Positions 39,695 through 50,885 of a stretch of 64,000 nt of DNA are shown piece after piece; positions within the stretch are counted from its first letter, which is position 1, and each line of letters opens with the position of its first letter. The notes below the pieces were generated by a model. It was not told the origin of the DNA, ran no database searches, and worked only from the letters and a program-made list of their open reading frames with translations. The DNA lies in the NCBI GenBank assembly GCA_028534125.1, contig CM052817.1:67086001-67150000 (forward strand), given 5' to 3'. The position numbers were made by a program, and so were the translations under genes. This DNA is from Lama glama (lineage: Eukaryota).

Positions 39695-39698
<4 letters not shown>

Positions 39699-39729
<31 letters not shown>
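39699..39729. repeat. (AC)n microsatellite
   Basis: About 15 AC units. Confidence 0.95.
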
Positions 39730-39737
<8 letters not shown>

Positions 39738-39779
39738 TGGCCAGTAGGAATATAAACTTTTTCCATCATCATCCATCTG

Positions 39780-40050
39780 CTAGGACTTAAGAGTTCTTTT
39801 CTTCCAGGCTAAGAACTGGGAAGAGATGGTGGAGGAACCATATCTGTTGTTTACCATGCTGGGTGGGAAGTGACACACATCACTTCCACTCAAATTCTAT
39901 TGGTAAGATTTAGTTGTGTGGTCCCACTTAGATGTAAATTGGGCAAAAATACAGAGTCCTTGCCTTGGCCACACCTTCCATAAATCAGTCATTCTCAAGT
40001 ATATCTGTAACACAGAATGGGACTGCAATCTTTGGTGAACAATGGATGTA
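39780..40050 (-). mobile_element. Old MLT1 LTR fragment
   Basis: GGAAGTGACACACATCACTTCCACTCAAATTCTATTGG...TTTGGTGAACA. Confidence 0.6.
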
Positions 40051-40509
40051 CATTTTTTAGCACAACTAACAAAGTCCGCAATAGAGTATCCAGAGCAAGT
40101 TCTTCTCAATCTCACATTTCAGCTTCAACTTCTACCTTATTAGTTCACAACTCTTAAACTCCATTCACCACAATACTTATTTTTCCCCAGGAGGGCCATT
40201 TACTGAGATGTCCCTATATATTTTGTCCTGTTCTGTCTTGAAAATATTTTTGTCATTCCTCTCCTCCACTCCTTCCACGAACAATTGAAATTTTATTCAA
40301 ATTTCAAGTCTCAGCTCAAATTATGTTCTCTGTAATCTTCCTTAATATTCCCACTGTAATTAGTTCCTTCCAGATCATTTCCCAGAACTTATTTCTTTAT
40401 TTTTGGCAGGGCTATTTATATGCCTGCCTCTCCAGTATTTTGTGCATCGTCTTAAAACTTTTGCTTTTAATTTTTTTCTGTTGCGTTACTCTGTTAGCAA
40501 ACAATGGTG

Positions 40510-40765
40510 CCTCATAACAACTATCTCCTACAGGGTCTACTTTGTGTCAGACACTACTTTAAGTTTTCTTTTTAATGTAGATTGTCTTACATGATCTCCA
40601 TAACAACCCAATGACTTAGGCTCTAAATTATCCCTATCATATAAGAAACAAGTCGAGACACAGAATGGCAGTACACTTGTACAGGGTCACACAGTAATAA
40701 GTGATGAGTTAGGATTTGAATCCAGCCTGACCCCAGAAGATACGTTCTCAATTACTATGCTGCAG
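40510..40765 (-). mobile_element. MIR
   Basis: CTACTTTGTGTCAGACACT...CATAACAACCC...AGGGTCACACAGTAATAAGTGATGAGTTAGGATTTGAATCCAG. Confidence 0.75.
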
Positions 40766-41529
40766 TAGATTATTGTTCAAAAATCATTCAATGTATTTTT
40801 GCCATAGTTAGTAATTAACTTTTTTAATAATATTATTTGAACAACCCTATAAAGTTTTCATTTTTCTTTATAATAGTCTTCATTACAACAATTACTCAGC
40901 ATTTCCAAGGAGAAGCATTCACTACACTTTAATTCCTTTAGCTTTCAGTTGTGAAACCAAGTTGAAATAGTTGATATTCTTGCATGTTTTTTACATAGAC
41001 TACGTGTTTTCAGGGTCAATATAAAATGGCCTTCGAGACTGAAAGGAAATAAATATAACACCTATTGTAAAATTGATTTCCCTGCTTCTAAATTTTTTAT
41101 CTTGTGAAATTATAATTTCACTAACAATCATCCCATGGATTTGAAAATAAATTCCCTAAGTAATTCTACAGTCCTTTTATGGCATTTCCCCCCTGATCTT
41201 GCTGCCTGCAGGCAAACAAAGTAAAAGAGGAGAAATTTTGCTTAGTGAGTAAGTCTGTCTCTAGATGCAGAAAGTCCTTGAGATCTCTACATCTGCATGC
41301 AAAGGCATGTTCCTCCAGGTTAGCATTGGTAGTTCTTTTTCATTTGGTCATATTTACTTTCATCTCTCTTCTGCATCTTCTTTGTCAGGTGACTTATGTT
41401 CACATCAAGAACAATACAGAAAGTTCAAGCAGAAAAACAAAGATAAGGAAAGGGTGTGTTCACAATCGTGAATTTGTGAGCAATGTAAATCATCACCAGG
41501 ATAAAACTTAAAAAGAAAATTGGAATGAC

Positions 41530-42481
41530 TGTCCAGAACCTAATCCTCTCTTGTTTCTAGGACTCCAGTAATATACAGTGCTGGAGGAGGTCATCAGGAG
41601 GAGGTGACCACTGCGGTTGACACATGAGCTGGACACAGGCAACGGAAGGCTCCTTACCCCTCTTCCTTGTCCTTGGAATGTCTGTTCTGCCCACTGTTCC
41701 CATAGCTGGAGCCATTTCAAGGATGCAACCATGAGAGAACAATGTGCAGTTGAGGCCATCTGAACGGTATAGGAGACTGAACCCAGTCTAGGCTGCTATG
41801 CAAACTTTTAAGATTCTAGCAGGTGGTTGCAGAGATCTACTCATCTTGTGACTGTCCAAGACAAGACTCATTAGTAAGTTCCCTTGCTTGCTAAACCTGC
41901 CACTGTCGACTGAAAAAATGCTCTGCCTAAAAGTTGAGCTACGTTTTATTTGGTGGACATCTCTGAGGACTTAATACTGGGATGTGGCCTCTCAGATGTC
42001 TCTATGAGACTGTTCCAAAAAGGCAGGGAAGGAGCCAGGATATATAGGAGTTTTTGCAACAAAGGCTAGGCAGTCAAAACATCAAAGATTATTGTTAATC
42101 AAAGAAAATCAGATATCTCAAGTTAATAATTTAGCGTTTTTCTATGTGTGGGAAGGTACAAAATTCTGAGCTCCTTGAAGTTATTCCTTTGATACACACC
42201 TAGCTATCTAGGGCCAGTATTCTGTGCTTTCCCATCCTGGGTTCCCTCAGGGGGCACCACTGGGGGTGGTGGCAGAGGCACGGCTGCCTGCTTGTCTCCA
42301 TCCTGACTTTCCTTCACTCACCCTTGAAGGCAGTGGTAGTGGCCGATGAGCTGGTGGCTGCAGTTTACGGATAGGGCCGGCAATATTTTTCATTCATACC
42401 ACCTACCAATCTGGAATAGTCTGCCTCTTTCTTTGGTCTCTCCTGGCCCTCCATGTACGGGGGCCAATTTACAAACCAACA
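41530..42481 (+). mobile_element. ERVL-class LTR (MER54/MER74/MER77-like), split by a nested LTR
   Basis: ...GTAAGTTCCCTTGCTTGCTAAACCTGCCAC | CCACCTACCAATCTGGAATAGTCTGCCTCTTTC... joins seamlessly once the insert and one CCAC are removed. Confidence 0.7.
41904..42398 (-). mobile_element. ERV1 solo LTR (MER41-like)
   Basis: 495-bp insert TGTCGACTGAAAAAATG...CATTCATA with 4-bp TSD CCAC (41900-41903 / 42399-42402); GGAGCCAGGATATATAGGAG and AAAGAAAATCAGATATCTCAAGTTAA resemble laurasiatherian MER41-like LTRs. Confidence 0.8.
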
Positions 42482-42838
42482 TACATCTTTTTTTGGTTTT
42501 TTTGAATGTGGAAGTTGATGAATATATTTCTATAAGTTAATTTTCATGATGTTTTATTTATTCAAGCAATTCAAGTCAGAAAACAAATGTTATACACTGA
42601 ATTAACACATTTATTTCTATTTTAGTCACCGAATATATAGATCAGCATGTTAGGAAGGGGTTTCTCTGGGGAATGCTTCTTGAAGCCATACCCGAAAATT
42701 TTAATGAGAATTAAATGAATCTGACTATGGTAGTCTATACTGAAAAAGAAGAGATGGCGTTTTAAAAATACATCATATCCCATTGTAAGATGGACATGAT
42801 TGCTTATTTTATTTCACTTTTGAGTTTCAAACTGTGTA

Positions 42839-42840
<2 letters not shown>

Positions 42841-42875
<35 letters not shown>
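42841..42875. repeat. (TG)n microsatellite
   Basis: About 17 TG units. Confidence 0.95.
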
Positions 42876-42878
<3 letters not shown>

Positions 42879-43554
42879 GAGAGGAGGTTATTTGATATAG
42901 TTGAACTGGTGTTACTGCTTCCAAAATGTCTGTCCTGTTCTGTCTTATTATATCATGTATACTCTAAATAGAGTTTGTATTTATGAATGGAACTTTGAGA
43001 CAGCTATTTATAAAATGTTCTATAAAGAATGCTTATTTAAATTTTCATTTCTATTTTTGTGGCATATACTTTATATGATCAGCTAATTAACAACAGAGTC
43101 AGTAAATATGTATCTAGCAATTTACTATGTTAAGGATGGCATTATGCCAGGCACTGTAGGATATAAAAATGATCTTAGGTGTGATTTGTCCTCAAGATAT
43201 GTGATTAATATGGGCAAAATAAATGATTTAAAACAAAAATGAGACTGATTCCCAGTTTAAGGCTTTATCACCCAAAAATTCCACACCAATTTGTTCTCTA
43301 CCAGCATGTTTGTTTTCTATCCAATGGAAACAAGAAACTAATAATTATCAATAAAGTCTTGGTGAACAAACTTCCTTCACAATAAGGTAAATATACAAAA
43401 ACCAAAAAAAGTTAAAAATTACAATTATAACCACAGAAGAAATCATGTTTCTCAAAATGTTGAAATTAGAATACTGTACCATCATTATAGACTCTAGTTC
43501 CCAAAGGAGGAATGAATTGAAGATGTTCACTTGGGTTCATTATCACTTCCACAA

Positions 43555-44466
43555 TTACATTTTTAATTGAAATTTGTACTGAAATAATTGTAGACTCACA
43601 TGTCCTTGTGAGAACTATTATAGAGATATTCCATGTACATGTACACCTACTCAGTTTCCCAGTGTTAACATTTTGACTATAACTACAGTATAACCACCAG
43701 GGTGTTGACATTGGTACAATCCAATGATCTTATTCACATTTTCCCAGTTTACTTGTTCTTATGTGTGTGTGTGTGTGTGTGTAGTTCTATGCAATTTTAT
43801 CACATCTAGGTTTGTGTATCTACCAAGGCAGTCAAGATACTGAACAATGTCATCATCACATTTCCTGCAGACGCATCCAAATTGCAGCATATATCAATAG
43901 TTCATTTCCTTTTATTGATAGTTAATATTCCATGCTATGTATGCACCAAAGCTTATTTAACCTTTTATCTATTGAAGAAAATCTAGGCTGATTACAGCTT
44001 TGGCTGTTAGCAATAATGCTGCTATAAACATTTGTGTACAGGTTTTTGTGTGTACACAAGTTTTTATTCCTCTGGGATAAATGCCCAAAGGTGCAATTGC
44101 TGGGTCACTTGGTAACTGAATGTTTATTTCTATAAGAAACTGCCAAAATTTTTCCCAGAGTGGAAATTTTACATTCCTATCAGCAATGTATGAATTTTCT
44201 GTTCATGCTTGCTAGTATTTAGTGCTACAACTTTTTATAAGCCATTTTGATAAGTATATAGTCATAGATCATTGTGCTATTAATTTACATGTCCCTGATG
44301 GTTAATGATGTTGACCATCTTTCCACTTGCTTATTTGACATTTTTATCCTCTTCAGTGAAATGTTTCTTCATACTTTTGCCCATTTCCTAATTGGCTTAT
44401 TTTTACTATTAAGTTTTGAGATTTCTTTATATAATCTAAATACTTTCTGGGGGGCCAGGTATGTGG
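43555..44466 (-). mobile_element. L1MC-like 3' end
   Basis: TTGTACTGAAATAATTGTAGACTCACATG...GGGATAAATGCCCAAAGGTGCAATTGCTGGGTCA; resumes at ~44923-44968 after the MLT1 insertion. Confidence 0.8.
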
Positions 44467-44922
44467 TGTATTAGCTTCCTGTTGCTGCTGTACCAAATTA
44501 CCACAAACATAGTGACTTTTAAAACAATACAAATATATCATCTCACATTTTGGAAGGTCAGAAGTGCAAAATGATTTTTACAAGGCTAAATCCAAGATGT
44601 CAGCCTAGATGGTTCCTTCTGGAGTCTATGGGGGTAAAATCTATTTGTTGCTTCTTCCAGTTTCTGGAGGTCGCCTTCACTTTTTGAATTGTGACTGCAT
44701 CACTCCAATCTCTACTTCCATTATCATGTTGTCTTCTCTTGTCGGGCTCTCCTGTGTCCCTCTTATAACAATCCTAGATTACATTGCTCTCTGTAACCCT
44801 CTCCCCACAGTGCAAGATGATCTCCTCATCACATCGGCAAAGTCCCTTTTGTCATATAAGATGACAGTCACAGGTCCTGGGATTAGGATGCAGATATACT
44901 TGTAGATGATTTCTACCCCATA
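44467..44922 (-). mobile_element. MaLR LTR (MLT1C-like) nested in L1MC
   Basis: TGTATTAGCTTCCTGTTGCTGCTGTACCAAATTACCACAAAC...CACAGGTCCTGGGATTAGGA. Confidence 0.85.
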
Positions 44923-44968
44923 TTGTGTGCAAATATTTTCTTCAAGTCTGAAACTTATCTTTTCATAC

Positions 44969-45540
44969 TTTTTTTTTAAACTGAAGTATAGTTGATTTAT
45001 AGTCTTGTGTTCATTTCTGGTGTACAGCAAAGTGAATCAGTTTTACATATGTATATTTTTTCACGCTCTTTTTCATTATAGGTAATTACAAAATATTGAA
45101 TATAGTTTCTAGTGCTATATAATAGGACCTCATTGCTTATCTATTCTGTATATAGTAGTTTGTATCTACTAATCCCAAACTCCTACTAATTTGTCCCTCC
45201 TCTTCACTTAACCCTCTAGTAACTGTAAGATTGTTTTCCATGTCTGTGAGTCTGTTTCTGTTTTGTAAATAAGTTCATTTTATCATTTTTTAGATTCCAC
45301 ATATAAGTGACATCATACGGTATTTGTCTTTTTCTTTTTGGCTTACTTCACTTAGTACGGTAATCTCTGGGTCCACCCATGTTGCTGCAAATGACATTAT
45401 TTCACTCTTTTTTATGGCTGAGTCATGTTCCATTGTATATATGTACCACATCTTCTTTATCCAGTCATCAGTCCATGGACATTTAGGTTGCTGCATGTCT
45501 TGGCTATTGTATATAGTGCTGCTATGGACATTGAGGTGCA
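44969..45540 (-). mobile_element. Young L1 3' end (ORF2 C-terminus plus 3' UTR)
   Basis: ORF 45290-45496(-) QPKCPWTDDWIKKMWYIYTMEHDSAIKK..FAATWVD..LSEVSQKEKDKY. Confidence 0.92.
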
Positions 45541-45846
45541 GTGGTTTGCCTTGTGTCCTCCCTTTTCTGGAGGATCCAAGAAGAGATGGTTTTTTCAGTC
45601 TGTTCAGCTTTTCAATTGTTTTAGGATGGAGTGTTGACTTCCAAGCTCCTTACATGTGGAAATAGCTAATTCTTTTTATAGATTGTAGAATTCAGCTTAC
45701 TAATATCTCACTGAGCATTTTGTGTCTAAGTTCATAGATTATAATGTTGTGTGGCTGTCTTTTACTGTATTCTCTTTCTTTTTTTCTTTTTGGTTTTGGT
45801 ACAAGATCAATAATGGACACGTGAAGCTATTACAATAAATATATAT

Positions 45847-46126
45847 ATTTCTTTATGTAATCTAAATACTTTCTAGGGGGCCAGATATGTGGTATATTTA
45901 CTTCCTGTTGCTGCTGTACCAAATTACCACAAACATAGTGACTTTTAAAATAATACAAATACGTCATCTGGAGGCCACCGTCACTTTTTGCATTGTGACT
46001 GCATCACTCCAATCTCTACTTCCATTATCATGTTGTCTTCCCTTGTCTGGCTCTCTTGTGTCCCTCTTATAACAACCCTTGATTACACTGCTCTCTGCAA
46101 CCCTCTCCCCACAATAAAAGATGATC
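45847..46126. repeat. Local duplicate of 44421-44822 with a 122-bp internal deletion
   Basis: Near-identical sequence spanning the L1MC/MLT1 junction. Confidence 0.9.
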
Positions 46127-47557
46127 AGGACCAGATGACCAGAGAATATAAGCCAAAACATATAAGTCAGTGTGTATGTTATAATATCAAAACTCTAAGT
46201 GTATAGGTACAAATAAACATGCACATAAAGGAAGGAAATATACCAGAAGTATGAAGACTAAATATTTCCAGATGGAGGATAATGAATAATTTTTATTTTT
46301 CTCCTATATTTTTGTACCTTCCACATTTCTTACAGTGTGTATATTGCACATTTGTATTATTATCTGAAAACAAATAGGAAACAAGACAATGAAAAGAATT
46401 TGGGCAGGGGGAGAAAGTGGAATATATTTGAGGAAGGGTGGCCAGTGCTATTAGGAATACATTTTATAAACTCTTGTTTTCAAATATTATCCTTCCAAAA
46501 GGAGGATCCAGAAGAAAGGGGTTCATATATCCTTCTTTGTAGTGGCAGGATAACTTGGAGCAGCTGAAACTAATAAAACAAACAAACAAACAAAATTTTT
46601 TTAAAAAAGAAGAAAAGGAAAAAGGCTTTCTGATTTAAAGAACACAGCTGCTGAAGTGTTGTGTCATTCCAGGGCAAACTTAGCTCTTGCCTTTGAAGTT
46701 TCTGTCTCAAATGCATGCATAAGAAACCACTGATGAAACAAGATATAAAGGCCTGAAAACAATTACCCTCCAGAAAATGTTCTCATGTCCGGCATTCTTT
46801 TTTGTATCCTTCCCCATTTCCCCTACATAAAAATAGTTATATATAAAAAATATAGATAAGCAGCTATATTACAGTCATAGATGGGTAATATGTAAGTCTA
46901 ATCTACAGTAGTTCAGACATGGATGTTGTAATCTCAGGATCAATTCAGACAATGTATCAAACCTCAATATCACAAGAAACACCAGAAACAGAAATATACC
47001 TTTGTTATCTTGCATGCATCAGATGCCAATTTGGATTGGCCTAAAGTGAAGGGCAACTTAATGGAAGTAGAAGGATGCTGAGGTAGTTCCCAGAGTTCAC
47101 AGAACAAGTGAAAAATTCAAGCTCAGTAAGCACCAAAAATAGAGAACCATTGGTGATATCAGCAGAAGGAATAAATAACACTTCTCTCTAGTCCTCTGAT
47201 ATTTGCTTTATTAAAAAACTCCTGTCTCCTTATCTCTCTTAAAGTCTAGGGGTAGGAAGAGGTGTGCAGAGGAGGGACAGAGAGGGAGAAATTTAAGTGT
47301 GCCAATTCATGTGACATAACCACCTTTTGTTAGTGGACGAATGAAAACATGACTGCAGAGGACATATTTTGGAGAGTAAGTTGGGCAGTTATAATTACTC
47401 CACAGTACATTTCATCTCTCAGTTGCTCAACCTACACTTCTCTTATGTACAATTCAAAAGCTTCCCCCACCTGACGTATATCCACTGTCACACACACCAC
47501 TATAAATGCACTCGTAATTTCCCAAATGGAGATAATCTGAAGTCGTATCCAACTTCT

Positions 47558-48210
47558 ACATTTAAAGAACATTTCAGGATGGTGTGTATAGCTCAGTGGT
47601 AGAGCACATGATTAGCAGGCACAAGGTGCTGGATTCGATCCCCAGTACCTCCATAAAAAATAAAAATTAAAAAAAAAGAAAATTCCATGCACTAGCAGCA
47701 GAATATACATTCTTCTCAAGCACATATGGAGCATTTTCCAGGATAGATCACATATTAGGCTGCTAAACAAAGTCTTAGTACATTTAAGAAGACTGAAATC
47801 ATATCAAGAATCTTTTCTGACCACAATAGTATGAAGCTAGAAATCAATTACAAGAAGAAAGTTAGAAAAAAATCAAATATGCAGAAATTAAACAACATGC
47901 TCCTTGAAAAACCAGTGGGCCAAAGAAGAAATCAAAAGAGAAATAAGAAAAATGTCTTGAGACAAATGAAAATGGAAATACAATATACCCAAATTTATGA
48001 ATGCAGCAAAAGCAGTTCTAAGAGGAAAGTTTACAGTGATAAACTCCTACATTAGGAAAAAATCCACAGAGATATAAAATAAACAACCTAAATTTACACT
48101 AACGGAAACCAGAAAAAGGAAAACAAGATTAGCAGAAGAAAGTTAGCACAAGGAAGCAAATATAAAAATCAGAGCAGAAAGACATCAAATGCAGACTAAG
48201 AAGACAATAG
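47558..48210 (+). mobile_element. L1 ORF2 endonuclease-domain fragment
   Basis: Encodes AAEYTFFSSTYGAFSRIDHILG...FSDHNSMKLEIN. Confidence 0.88.
47577..47676 (+). mobile_element. Vic-1-like SINE inserted in L1 ORF2
   Basis: GTATAGCTCAGTGGTAGAGCAC...GGATTCGATCCCCAGTACC plus A-tail; degenerate TSD AAAGAACATTTCA/AAAGAAAATTCCA. Confidence 0.88.
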
Positions 48211-48588
48211 TCATCTGGCCCTGGACTTTTGATTATTAGAAGTTTTTTTTTGCTGATTCAATCTTACTAGTAATCGGTCTATTCAAATTTTCCATTTCTT
48301 CATGATTCACTCTTGGTAAGTTGTATGTTTCCAGGAATTTATCTATTTCTTCTAGATTGTCCAATTTGCTGGCATATAACTATTTATAATAATCTCTTAT
48401 GATACTTGTATTTCTGCAGTATCATTTATTAACCCCTCATCTTTCATTTCTGATTTATTTATTCAAGTCACCTCTCTTTTTTCTTGATGAGTCTAGCTCA
48501 AGTTTTGTCAATTTTATTTTTTCAAAAACCAGCTCTGTTTTCTTGATCCTTTCTATTGTCTTTTTAGTCTCTATTTTGTTTATTTATC
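48211..48588 (-). mobile_element. L1 ORF2 fragment, inverted relative to its neighbour
   Basis: Antisense ORF2 from AGACTAAAAAGACAATAGAAAGG to AAAAGTCCAGGGCCAGATG (KSPGPD). Confidence 0.88.
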
Positions 48589-48949
48589 TTTATTAATAGT
48601 AAACTAATAAAACCCAAAACATCTTAACCATATGAACAAGTTATAGGAAGTTAAGAAATAAAGCGATAAAAATTAATCCACAACACATAATCCAAATATC
48701 CTATACAGGTGCCACAAGTATCAGGAGAACCACAAAGTACCAAAGAATCAAACACAGGCTGCCATGTTCTAAACTTATGCAATAGCCTCCTGACTAGTTT
48801 GCCTATATCCTTGCTTGCCCTACCGAAGTATTTCATGCAATATAATTTGAGTAGCTTTTTAAAGTATAAACCTAAATATATCATCCCCTACTATAATAAG
48901 GGCAGGAAGGGCATTTCCAAATGGAAAGTAAATCATGAAGTGAAAAAGA

Positions 48950-50885
48950 AAAGATTACTTATGAGTGTGGAAGGGATAAAGTGGATTATACAGGACTTGA
49001 ACATACTTTACTTTGCAATTTTAACTTTTAGACCATGTAAATACTTCACATAATAATGAAGTAATTTTACATTTAATGTCCCCCCAAGTAAAACGGAAAA
49101 ACAAACTTATAAACCTAACTGTATGATAAACAGAATAACTTTTTAAGAAGGACTTACTCAAACTAGATAACTGTATTTAAAGTAGTTATTTGATTTTACA
49201 TCACTAATGGGATATATGCTACAGACAAAAGAATTCAGCAAAAATCTTAAACTGTTTCAGCAATTACACTGTTAGTGGCAGTGTTAATATGTTTACCATG
49301 AAGTTGTTGAAGGTGCATTCTTGAACCAATAATGAAAGGAACTGTATAGGTATTATTAAGAAATAATATCTCATCATGATTGAAAGAAGATACAAATGAG
49401 AGTCAATGAAACTTGTGTAGTGCTAATTTGACCTGAAAGCGTAAGAATAAACTCAAGATGTATTTTATCCTAACCTCCCCCCAACCAAAACCCTAGAACT
49501 ATGTCTAAAGAAAGGTGTAGAAACAATGATCAATGCAGTGAAATGAGTAACTCTTAGTGTCCAGAGTTTGATTTTTAAATGCCATTCTCTATAAAGCTAT
49601 ACAGTTCTCTTTGGAGAAATTAATTAATTAATTTCAGACCTGCACATCAAAAATAAAAGATGAGTCTGAAACATCAGCTCATACCCGAAAGCTATAAAGC
49701 TAAGAAAGACTCAGAAGCCAAGCCGCTGGCAAAAGATGGGAGCGCTTGAATTTCCACAATAATTGTAATTACGGTGGACTCAATCCTAAAATATATTTAA
49801 ATACAGGAGTTTCTAATCATATTCAAAAACACTTTGGCTACTTTTGGAATATGTTAGGAGTCAACTTACCAGTTGAAAATTGTTAAGAAAAGGGAAAAGA
49901 ATCACACATTCACCTTATTGTTTCTATACAAACTGTATCTTAAGAAAATGCTTAGAGGTATAATTTGATCTTGGTAGAAATATTCCACCTCATTAATGGA
50001 AAAGAAATGATAGGACTGAAATTTTATATTTTGCAACCCTATTCAATTTATGAAGTTAATAGATGCAGGTAATTATTATTAGCTGGTAATATTTTTTTAA
50101 AGGGGATCACCAATGTTACATGACTCCTGAATAAATCTCACCCAGCAGCAACTATGAAAAAGAAGACAAGAAGGACAAGAAGGACAAGAAGGAGGAGGAG
50201 GAACTGGAGAAGGAGGAGAAACAGGAGAAGAAGCAGGAGCAGAAGCAGAAATAAAAGAAGAATCTGATCAAGTGTATGAGCCTCAAGCAGTTTACAGATA
50301 ACACAATGAAGATGTAAACATTTAATGTACTTTAATGTACCCCATGGGCATATGATCAGCAAAATGTAGACTGTGGAAAATTCTATAGGGTTGTATGTTT
50401 TATTCAACACAACAGAAAAAAAATGAGAGAAGTGAAGAGAGGAGAAGGAGGCAAGAAGAGGGAACATAGATTAAAAGAGTCTTAAGAGAAATATCAACAA
50501 ATTATGGTCTATTGATTTTCCTTGAATTCTGTTTTAAGCAAACTAAAAATTTTTCTTAAAAAAAATTGACAATCAGGAAAGTATGACTACCCAGTGGATA
50601 GTTGATCACACTAAGAAATTATTATCCATTTTAAAAATAATTGGCAAGTTACTTGTAAAGTATGTTTTCTTTTTAATTGATACATAATAAAATACATGCA
50701 GGTGAAATGATGTGGGATTTGCTTCAAAATAGCTCATGGGGAAAATGGGTAGGTTATTGACAAAACAGGATTGACTATGTGTTGGTAATTGTTGAAGCTG
50801 GAAATGGGTATATAGGGTTCATTATATTACTCTCTCCACTTTTGTATATGTCTGCAAATTTTCATAAGAAACGTAAAAAGTTTTA
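48950..50885 (+). mobile_element. Old L1M (L1MC/L1ME-like) long 3' UTR
   Basis: Ends GTAATTGTTGAAGCTGGAAATGGGTATATAGGGTTCATTATATTACTCTCTCCACTTTTGTATATG; contains a GA-rich run at 50155-50262. Confidence 0.65.

Noticed and set aside
50138..50467. 109-aa Leu-rich membrane-like ORF
   Set aside because: Translation of a GA-rich simple repeat inside an L1 3' UTR
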